A DNA stretch of 48,396 bases. It comes from a virus (taxonomy: Duplodnaviria; Caudoviricetes). This document shows, in pieces, positions 1 to 7,100 of the stretch; within the stretch, counting starts at the first letter, position 1; each line of letters opens with the position of its first letter. Location of the stretch: positions 1-48,396 of IMG/VR virus record IMGVR_UViG_3300037515_000186. One strand, written 5' to 3'. The notes under the pieces are model-generated. The model saw nothing but the letters and a program-made list of their open reading frames with translations. It was not told where the DNA came from and made no database searches. The position numbers and the translations under genes were made by a program.

Positions 1-127
1 ACGTCGGCATCATCATCCTTGGCGCTGGCGCAACGCAGATAGGGAAGCTGGCCGCAGGCACCGCCAACATCGGTGACGTGGACGTGGCGAGCGCCCTGCC
101 AGCGGGAACGGCCACCATCGGGAACGT
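1..127 (+). repeat. Terminal overlap copy 1 (identical to 48270-48396)
   Basis: acgtcggcatcatcatcc...ccaccatcgggaacgt occurs at both ends; 127 bp is a common assembler k-mer, so this is probably a circularity signature. Confidence 0.95.
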
Positions 128-491
128 CGGCGTCGTCACCCGCTCCGCGGGAGGGGCAAAGATATTCCACTCCGTTGACCTGGACGAGTCGCACGAGACG
201 GTCAGCACCGGCCCCGTGACGGTCTACGGGATGTACTTCTGGAACGCGGGCACGGCCCCCCTGTGGGTCGGGATGTACAACGGCACCGCGACGGGAACGG
301 CTGCCCCACCCGTGAACTTCCCCATCCCCGCGAATGCCGACTCGGACGTGGCGGGGGTGGTCATCCCCACGCCTGCTCAGGGCATCGGCTTCACGGTGGC
401 GCTCATCGTCCGGGTGCTCACCGCGGTCGGCGCGGGCACGGCTGGCCCCGGAGCGAACCAGGCTGGGGCCATCATCACGTACAAGGACTAA
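1..491 (+). CDS. C-terminal part of the junction-spanning fibre-like protein (beta-rich C-domain)
   Basis: Same frame as ORF 78..491; the repeat LPAGTATIG continues. Confidence 0.85.
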   Translation, partial: VGIIILGAGATQIGKLAAGTANIGDVDVASALPAGTATIGNVGVVTRSAGGAKIFHSVDLDESHETVSTGPVTVYGMYFWNAGTAPLWVGMYNGTATGTAAPPVNFPIPANADSDVAGVVIPTPAQGIGFTVALIVRVLTAVGAGTAGPGANQAGAIITYKD

Positions 492-500
492 GGAGGCGGC

Positions 501-629
501 ATGTTGGGTCTGCTTGCACCAGGCGTCGGAATGGGCGGCACCGAGGAGGCAACCGCACCGGGGGCCAAGAGCCGCCGCCTGCTCATCGGCGTCGGCATCC
601 TCCTCTCCCTGCTGAGGTGGCCGAAATGA
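501..629 (+). CDS. 42-aa small protein MLGLLAPGVG...SRRLLIGVGILLSLLRWPK
   Basis: AGGAGG RBS before ATG 501; stop overlaps the next ATG (ATGA). Confidence 0.7.
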   Translation: MLGLLAPGVGMGGTEEATAPGAKSRRLLIGVGILLSLLRWPK

Positions 630-1495
630 CGCCCGACGAGGTGCTGTACCTCTGCCGCAGGACGGACGAGGCCATTGCCACCCGCTACGACCAGGGGCCG
701 GATGGCAGGATGCAGACGCCCGTTCATCTCAGCATCGGCCACGAGGGCGCTGCCGTGGGGGTCTGCATGGGCCTGCCGGTGGGCTCCCACGTCTTCGCCG
801 GTCACCGCAACCACGCCGTCTACCTGGCAATGGGCGGCGACCTCGATGCGATGATCGCGGAGCTGTACGGCAAGGCCACGGGCTGCACGGAGGGGCGCGG
901 TGGCTCGATGCACCTCGTGGACGAGTCCGTGGGCTTCATGGGAGGCTTCCCCATCGTGGGGGACGCCATCAGCCTTGCCACCGGCTCCGCGCTGGCTGCC
1001 AAGCTGGAGAACTCTCTTAGAGTGACGTGCGTGTTCTTCGGTGACGGGGCTGTGGAGTCGGGGCAGTTCTGGGAGTCGCTGAACTTTGCTGCTACGCACC
1101 GGCTCAGGTTACTGTATGTGTGCGAGAACAACCGGCTGGCTACGGACACGTGGCTGGAGGCCAGGCAGCCCATCATGCCCATCCACGAGCGGGTCAAGGG
1201 CTTCGTGCCTGCCTTCACGGCGGAGGTGAGCGAGGTTTTCGACGTGTGCGAAAACGTGCAGTCCGCGTTGAAGTCCCTCCCCGCCTTCATCGAGGTCAGC
1301 ACCCACCGCTGGCGGGAACACGTCGGCCCAAACTGGAACTGGAACACCGGCCTGGAGGGTTACCACCAACTCCTCGAGGCCCAGCGGCGCGACAAGGTGA
1401 AAGACCTGTCGTTCCCTGAGATTGACCGGCGCATCGAGGAAGCATTCGAGAAGGCTCTCGCCGCGCCTTGGCCGGAGGTGGTCAATGCTCTATAG
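626..1495 (+). CDS. TPP-dependent dehydrogenase E1 alpha-like subunit
   Basis: HLSIGHEG, GRGGSMH, TPP motif GDG...ENN, RWREHVG. Confidence 0.92.
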   Translation: MTPDEVLYLCRRTDEAIATRYDQGPDGRMQTPVHLSIGHEGAAVGVCMGLPVGSHVFAGHRNHAVYLAMGGDLDAMIAELYGKATGCTEGRGGSMHLVDESVGFMGGFPIVGDAISLATGSALAAKLENSLRVTCVFFGDGAVESGQFWESLNFAATHRLRLLYVCENNRLATDTWLEARQPIMPIHERVKGFVPAFTAEVSEVFDVCENVQSALKSLPAFIEVSTHRWREHVGPNWNWNTGLEGYHQLLEAQRRDKVKDLSFPEIDRRIEEAFEKALAAPWPEVVNAL

Positions 1496-2384
1496 CCAGG
1501 CCATCAGCCAGTCAATGGTCGAAGCGATGGAGCGCGACCCGAAGGTCGTGTTGCTCGGCCAGAACGTCACGACCACTCATGGGGTATTCGACACCACCAC
1601 CGAGGCGTACCGCCGCTTCCCTGAGCGGTGCATCGAAGCGCCTATCTCAGAGGCGATGCTGACGGGTGCTTGCGTCGGGCTGGCGATGGAGGGCTGGAAG
1701 CCCATCCTCGTCCACACGCGGGCGGACTTCTCGCTCTTCAGCTTCGAGCACCTTATCAACACCGCCGCCAAGCTGCCGTTCCTCCGTGGGAAGCCGCTGC
1801 CGTTCGTCATGCGGTGCGTCGTGGGCCGTGGCTGGGGCCAGGGGCCGGTACACAGCCAGTCGTTCCACAATCTGCTGGCCCAGATACCGGGCGTCGAGGT
1901 GCTGATTCCCGCCAGCGGTGCAAGTTACGAGCGGCATATGGGCCGCGCGCTTGAGGCGGGGCATCCAGTGGTCATCATTGAGCCGCGCCGCCTCTATGAG
2001 CGGCACGATGTGGCCACCCAAGACCTAGAGGGCCGCGCTGGCGTGACTATCGTCACCATCGGTGACACCATCATCGAAGCCGTGGAAGCCAAGGAACGCC
2101 TCAAGGCGATTGGATACGACCCTTACATCGTTCCCTACGAGGACATGGGCCTTTCGGTTGACCTTGGCCGCATGGCGGCTGTCATGGTGGACATGGCCCC
2201 GCGCCGTCCTTGGCGAGGCATCGTTGCCCCGCCGTTCAAGCCGCTGGGGGTGTCCCGCGCCTACGAACGCGCGTGGTATCCCACGGCGGACGACATCGTG
2301 GAAGAGGTCTGCCGAATCTTGGGGCGTAAGGCCCCACCGAGAGAGGAGCGGTATGAGCGCGTCGTTGCCGGAAGTCCTTTCTAG
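1485..2384 (+). CDS. TPP-dependent E1 beta / transketolase pyrimidine-binding subunit
   Basis: MERDPKVVLLGQ, PISEAMLTGACVGLA, GWGQGPVHSQ; coupled to the alpha subunit. Confidence 0.92.
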   Translation: MLYSQAISQSMVEAMERDPKVVLLGQNVTTTHGVFDTTTEAYRRFPERCIEAPISEAMLTGACVGLAMEGWKPILVHTRADFSLFSFEHLINTAAKLPFLRGKPLPFVMRCVVGRGWGQGPVHSQSFHNLLAQIPGVEVLIPASGASYERHMGRALEAGHPVVIIEPRRLYERHDVATQDLEGRAGVTIVTIGDTIIEAVEAKERLKAIGYDPYIVPYEDMGLSVDLGRMAAVMVDMAPRRPWRGIVAPPFKPLGVSRAYERAWYPTADDIVEEVCRILGRKAPPREERYERVVAGSPF

Positions 2385-2592
2385 GCTGCCTGAAGATTTC
2401 GAGTTCGTGAGTCTGCGCGGTGACAGGCTCACCCTGCGGACGAAGGCGCCGATGCTCACGGTCGAGCGCGGCCACACACTCTTGGAACTGGAGAAGCGCC
2501 TGCACCGCGAGGTCGGGCCGATCGACGTGTTCCTGGAGCCGAAGGGCGACATCAATCAGGTCAGGGTGAAGATGCGAGGAGTGAAGGTGTGA
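2353..2592 (+). CDS. 79-aa hypothetical protein within the sugar module
   Basis: GAGGAG RBS; MSASLPEVL...LEPKGDINQVRVKMRG; coupled to neighbours. Confidence 0.7.
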   Translation: MSASLPEVLSRLPEDFEFVSLRGDRLTLRTKAPMLTVERGHTLLELEKRLHREVGPIDVFLEPKGDINQVRVKMRGVKV

Positions 2593-2861
2593 TGGGAAGG
2601 TTCGACTGTGTGGAGTGTGGTCGTGATACCGAGGGAACACTTGAGCGATGCGTTCTCCCCTACCGTTGCGCGGAGTGCCGTGACAAGATCATCGCTCGTG
2701 TCGAGCAGGTCTTCGGTCTCAGGAGCCATACCTACACCGAGTTCTCCTATGAGCTTCAGTGGGAAGATCTGAAACGTCTGCTCGATGCGATGCAATACAA
2801 CATTGCGCTTCGTGGGTATTTCTTACCTGATGAGGCGCGGTACGAGGTAAGTCATGGTTGA
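2589..2861 (+). CDS. Small protein with CxxC...CxxC zinc-ribbon
   Basis: CVEC...CAEC; overlaps both neighbours. Confidence 0.65.
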   Translation: MMGRFDCVECGRDTEGTLERCVLPYRCAECRDKIIARVEQVFGLRSHTYTEFSYELQWEDLKRLLDAMQYNIALRGYFLPDEARYEVSHG

Positions 2862-3981
2862 CCAGATTGAGCGGCCTTCAACCGCACTCGCCATGATGGA
2901 CGGGCACAAGCTGCCGCACCACATGGACAGGGTGGACGCATGGCGGCGCGGCGAGAGAATCGCGCCCGTCACCATCGACATGGCCCTCACCCGCAAGTGC
3001 GATGCGGCCTGCGGCTTCTGCTACGCGATGCTCCAGGAGAACGAGCGGCACGAGCTGACCTGGCCCGTGCTGTCGGACTTCCTGGACGACGCCAAGGCCA
3101 TCGGCGTGAAGGCCGTCTCCCTGCTGTCGGACGGGGAGTCCATGCTGTCGCGCCACTGGGTGCCCTTCGTGCAGAAGGCCCGCGCCATCGGCCTGGACAT
3201 CGCGGCGGGCTCCAACTGCCACGCCTACACGCCTGAGCGCCAGGAGGACTCGCTGGGCTGCCTCTCCTACATCCGCATCAACTTCCCCGCAGGCGAGAAG
3301 AAACGGTACTGCGAGATCATGGGCGTGCCGCCCAAGTTCTACGACACGACCGTGCGGAACATCGAAAACATGGTCGCGCTGAAGAAGCGCAAGGGGCTGG
3401 ACACGGTGTTGACGCTCCAGATGGTCTGCCTGCCACAGGACGCCGACCAGATCATCCCCTTCGTCAAGCTGGGCAAGGAGTTGGGCGTGGACGCCTGCAC
3501 CATCAAGCACGTGGCCGACGACGAGGACGGCAGCCTCGGTATGGACTACCAGGCGGTCAAGGGGATGATTCCCGCGCTGAAGGAAGCGCAGAAGCTCGCC
3601 ACGCCTGACTATCAGGTCATCGTCATGTGGAACAAGATTCTCGAAGGCATGACGCGGCCCTACCACCGCTGCCGCGGCCCGCAGTTCATGCTCCAGATCA
3701 GCGGCTCCGGACTCGTAACGACCTGCGGCGACAAGATGAACGACCGCTACGCCAAGTTCCACATCGGGAACATCGCGGAGCAGCGGTTCATGGACATCTT
3801 CCACTCTGAGCGGTACTGGGAGGTGATGGGCTACCTCGCCTCCGAGGAGTTCGACGCGCAGAAGTCCTGCGGGCCGCTGTGCAGACAGAATGCCATCAAC
3901 GCTGCCCTCGATGCGGAAGTAACCCAGGGTAAAATGATTGAGCCTGCTACCACTCCAACTATTCATCGGAACTTCATTTGA
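2854..3981 (+). CDS. Radical SAM enzyme with SPASM/twitch domain
   Basis: CDAACGFC (CxxxCxxC); C-terminal C..GPQ...GLVTTC...IGNI...C..LC pattern. Confidence 0.93.
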   Translation: MVDQIERPSTALAMMDGHKLPHHMDRVDAWRRGERIAPVTIDMALTRKCDAACGFCYAMLQENERHELTWPVLSDFLDDAKAIGVKAVSLLSDGESMLSRHWVPFVQKARAIGLDIAAGSNCHAYTPERQEDSLGCLSYIRINFPAGEKKRYCEIMGVPPKFYDTTVRNIENMVALKKRKGLDTVLTLQMVCLPQDADQIIPFVKLGKELGVDACTIKHVADDEDGSLGMDYQAVKGMIPALKEAQKLATPDYQVIVMWNKILEGMTRPYHRCRGPQFMLQISGSGLVTTCGDKMNDRYAKFHIGNIAEQRFMDIFHSERYWEVMGYLASEEFDAQKSCGPLCRQNAINAALDAEVTQGKMIEPATTPTIHRNFI

Positions 3982-4667
3982 TGAAGACTCGTGAAGAGCG
4001 CCTAGAGTACATGCGCCAGTGGTATCGAGACCACAGGGAGGAACAACGCGCCAAGCAGAAGGCTTGGAACACAGCGCATCAGGAAGAGGTAGCAGAATAC
4101 GTTCGTGAGTACCGGAGGCGCAATCCTGCTGCGGCCCGTGAGCGCAACCGCAAGTGGCGAGAACAGCACCCTGACTACTTCAAGCGCTATCGTCAGGAAC
4201 ACAAGGAACAAAAGCGCGAATCGGACAACGCCTCGCGAGAGATACGCAGGGCACGAAGACACCAAGTCCCAACCGAGTACATCAGCATCAAGATGCTTCG
4301 GGAAAGGGATAGGAACATCTGCCAGATATGCAAGCGCGTTGTTGGCTCGCGAGGGGCGAGTATTGACCATATTGTTCCCATCTCGCACGGCGGTTCCCAC
4401 ACTTGGGAAAATGTTCAACTGGCTCACACGAAGTGCAACAGCAGCCGTGGAGCAGGCCGGTTGCCAGCCCAGATGCGCCTAGGAGGGATGGCCTCAACAC
4501 GAACTCCTGGCCCTCCTACGAAGCGGAAACTCACCGAGGCCATTGTGCGCCGCATCCGGTACGGAGGTGAACGAGCCGCTGCCCTAGCTGCCGAATTGGG
4601 GCTAGGCCAACGTACTGTCTATGACATTCGCCAAAGCAAGACTTGGGCATGGTTAGGAGTGGAGTGA
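3978..4667 (+). CDS. HNH endonuclease (probable homing endonuclease) with C-terminal HTH
   Basis: RDRNICQIC...SIDHIVPISHGGSHTWENVQLAHTKCNS; C-terminal KLTEAIVRRIR...TVYDIRQSKTWAW. Confidence 0.88.
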   Translation: MMKTREERLEYMRQWYRDHREEQRAKQKAWNTAHQEEVAEYVREYRRRNPAAARERNRKWREQHPDYFKRYRQEHKEQKRESDNASREIRRARRHQVPTEYISIKMLRERDRNICQICKRVVGSRGASIDHIVPISHGGSHTWENVQLAHTKCNSSRGAGRLPAQMRLGGMASTRTPGPPTKRKLTEAIVRRIRYGGERAAALAAELGLGQRTVYDIRQSKTWAWLGVE

Positions 4668-5176
4668 TGACTACTAAGGTCGAGATGGACAGAGACCTTG
4701 CCAACGCGGCGTTGGAAGCGTTCGCGGACGTGGCTTTTGCCATGGACTTGGACTGGTGCATCTTCGCGGGAACGTGCCTCGGCCTCTACCGGGACGGGAA
4801 GTTCCTGCCTGACGACAACGACCTCGACGTTGCGGTCAAGGCCACGGAGGAGAGGCTGAACGTTCTCTGGTATCACCTGCACTCGGCGGGCTTCAAGCTT
4901 GGCCGCTTCTGCGAGAACAAGGACGGCACCAAGAACCGGCACGTCTACTACCATCCCGACATCCCATGGCCCGACGCGGTCGGCATCCTCGTGGACGTGT
5001 TCTACACCTTCACGGAGGACGAGGCGAACCTGATGGTCAACTACGGCCAGATCACCTACCGGGAGCGGGACTACCTCACGCCCTATCCGGTGCAGGCGTA
5101 CCTCCAACTGGCCTACGATGAGTGGTGGGACAAATCGCTCAGGACGGCGGCGGCGGGGAAGGAAGGCGTCAAATGA
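4667..5176 (+). CDS. LicD-family nucleotidyltransferase-fold phosphotransferase
   Basis: FAGTCLGLYRDGKFLPDDNDLDV matches the LicD GTxLGxxR...DxDxD motif. Confidence 0.88.
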   Translation: MTTKVEMDRDLANAALEAFADVAFAMDLDWCIFAGTCLGLYRDGKFLPDDNDLDVAVKATEERLNVLWYHLHSAGFKLGRFCENKDGTKNRHVYYHPDIPWPDAVGILVDVFYTFTEDEANLMVNYGQITYRERDYLTPYPVQAYLQLAYDEWWDKSLRTAAAGKEGVK

Positions 5177-5547
5177 ATGACCTCTGGACGCCTGGCGGGA
5201 TGGTGCACCTCGCGCCCTCCGCTGGCGGTAGGAACGTGGAGACGGGCGGCGCCATCAGTATTCATACGTTCCGGTTCCACAGCGCCAAGCACGGGGTGAC
5301 GCGGGAGATCAAGATTCCGGTGGACGCCAGCATGAGCCAGGCGCAGGTCGAGGACATGGCAGCCAACGCCCTGGAGCACTGGCTGACGGAACTTGACGAG
5401 CGTGCGCAGCGGAAGGTGGGGAAGCATACCCCCTCGCTGGAGGAGCGGAAGCAGGTCGGTGCCGCGCTCCGCGAGTTCCGCGCCCATCTGGCCAAGCGGC
5501 GCGAGTCCACGAACGAACGCCTCTACTATGCGGGCGTGAAGGGATAG
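5173..5547 (+). CDS. Hypothetical protein
   Basis: ATGA coupling with the licD-like stop; protein-like composition. Confidence 0.75.
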   Translation: MNDLWTPGGMVHLAPSAGGRNVETGGAISIHTFRFHSAKHGVTREIKIPVDASMSQAQVEDMAANALEHWLTELDERAQRKVGKHTPSLEERKQVGAALREFRAHLAKRRESTNERLYYAGVKG

Positions 5548-5550
5548 CCG

Positions 5551-6810
5551 ATGGCCGTCACGCAGAGCACTTCCCGCAAAGACCTTCGCCAGGCCATAGG
5601 ACGGCTCACCGGCAAGATGGAGCGCCGCACGGCCTCGTCCAACGGCTCGACGACCACCATCGTTGACTCATCCCTGCCGGGAGGGGACAACGAGCACAAC
5701 GGAAAGCGGGCCGTGCTGCACGACGGGAACAACGCGGGCGCCATCAAGCGCGTCACGGACTACGTGGCCTCGACCACGACGCTGACCATCGCTCCCACGG
5801 CGGCGGCGGCGGTCAACGCCAACCACACCTTTGAGCTGTGGGAGCGCAACACGGACCCGAACGATATCAACGACCTCATCAACGACGCCATCAAGGACAT
5901 CACCGGCCTGTTCTTCGACCCCGTTGAGGACGCGGCGCTGCACGCGGACGGCCGTCAAACGCGGTTCGACATCCCCTCCGGCCTGTCGATGGTGCACCGG
6001 GTCATGTACCGCACGTCCATGCGGTCGAAGGTCATCCACACCTGTGGGCGGACGTGGGACGAGAAGACGGACGCCGACTTCACCGTGGCGGTCGATACCA
6101 AGGACTACAAGCGTTCCAAGGGGTCGCTGAAGATAACCGTCGCTGCCGGGGCCTCCGCCGCCGACTCCATCTCCGACTCCATCGACTCCCTCGACCTGTC
6201 GGGCATGACGCACGTCGAGTTCTGGATCAAGTGCTCGGTGGCCGTCACGTCTGGCAACCTGAAACTCCTGCTGGACGATACCGCCTCCGTGGCCTCGCCG
6301 GTGGAGACCCTCAGCATCCCGACGCTCGTGGCGGATACATGGACGCGGGTGAGGATAGCGCTGGCGAACCCTGAATCGGACACGGCCATCATCAGCGTGG
6401 GCCTGGACTACGCCGGAGACATCGGCGCCTGCACCATCTGGCTCGACGACATCGTGGCGATGAACAACGACTCAGAGGTGTGGGCACCTCTGGCCTCGCA
6501 CCTGTGGAGCATCGACAAGGAAGCGGGAGACCTGATTCTGGCTTCAGGCGGCAGGATGACGGCGGGGTACGCGCGGTTGAAGCTCCTGGGCGGGGACAAG
6601 CCCGCGCTTCTGACGGCGGACACGGGCACGACCGAGGTGCCCGAGGACTTCATCGTGAACTGGGCGGTGGGACGGATGCTGCTGTCGGAGGGCGGCGGGC
6701 CTACGACCGACCAGGACGCGCACCACTCCCGGAGCCAGCCGTGGTTGGTGCTGGCGCAGCGGGCGAAGGACTCGATTCACCTACCGCCTGGGGCGCGGAT
6801 GGTCAGCTAG
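5551..6810 (+). CDS. Putative head-tail adaptor with an inserted carbohydrate-binding-like beta-sandwich
   Basis: Lies before the nozzle-like gene; DINDLINDAI helix; internal LDLSGMTHVEFWIK...DTWTRVRIAL...IWLDDI segment. Confidence 0.6.
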   Translation: MAVTQSTSRKDLRQAIGRLTGKMERRTASSNGSTTTIVDSSLPGGDNEHNGKRAVLHDGNNAGAIKRVTDYVASTTTLTIAPTAAAAVNANHTFELWERNTDPNDINDLINDAIKDITGLFFDPVEDAALHADGRQTRFDIPSGLSMVHRVMYRTSMRSKVIHTCGRTWDEKTDADFTVAVDTKDYKRSKGSLKITVAAGASAADSISDSIDSLDLSGMTHVEFWIKCSVAVTSGNLKLLLDDTASVASPVETLSIPTLVADTWTRVRIALANPESDTAIISVGLDYAGDIGACTIWLDDIVAMNNDSEVWAPLASHLWSIDKEAGDLILASGGRMTAGYARLKLLGGDKPALLTADTGTTEVPEDFIVNWAVGRMLLSEGGGPTTDQDAHHSRSQPWLVLAQRAKDSIHLPPGARMVS

Positions 6811-6962
6811 GCGGAAATGAGAACTCCATTAGTTCCCACAGCTGAGGTGATGTCCCAGGGCACTGTCAGGGGGTAACGGAACCAGCGGCCATCCGTCAGG
6901 AGTTCCACATGGAGACCATCGTCATCGAACTTGAACACGGGGGATATGAGTTGATTAGACAT
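6807..6962 (-). CDS. 51-aa antisense ORF encoding a single beta-propeller-blade-like peptide
   Basis: MSNQLISPVFKFDDDGLHVELLTDGRWFRYPLTVPWDITSAVGTNGVLISA*; fills the intergenic gap and has its own promoter. Confidence 0.75.
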   Translation of the reverse strand: MSNQLISPVFKFDDDGLHVELLTDGRWFRYPLTVPWDITSAVGTNGVLISA

Positions 6963-6968
6963 GGGCGG

Positions 6969-6996
6969 AGGATAGCAAAGCAGGCCGGGTAGTCAA
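6969..6996 (-). promoter_or_regulatory. Sigma70-type promoter for the leaderless ORF 6962-6807
   Basis: TTGACT-16nt-TATCCT with a TGn extended -10; ATG lies 6 nt after the -10. Confidence 0.7.
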
Positions 6997-7100
6997 CCCC
7001 TGCGAATAGTGTCGTAAGATACGCGCCACTTCGGAGGTGGCGCATGAAAGTAGTCTTTTTGATTGCCCTCTGCCTGCTGGCGGTGGGCGCGGGAGAGCCG

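Noticed and set aside
1-127. Biological direct terminal repeat
   Set aside because: The length equals a common k-mer (127) and it falls mid-gene, so it is most likely assembly overlap.
626-2384. Pyruvate dehydrogenase auxiliary metabolic genes
   Set aside because: No E2/E3 genes are present and the context is sugar biosynthesis.
3978-4667. Group I intron or intein around the HNH genes
   Set aside because: The flanking genes are intact and coupled, with no room for intron structure; both HNH genes appear free-standing.
2560-5547. Recurring C-terminal GVK motif (ORFs ending 2592, 5176, 5547; also 43669)
   Set aside because: Probably a by-product of purine-rich RBS sequence overlapping gene ends.
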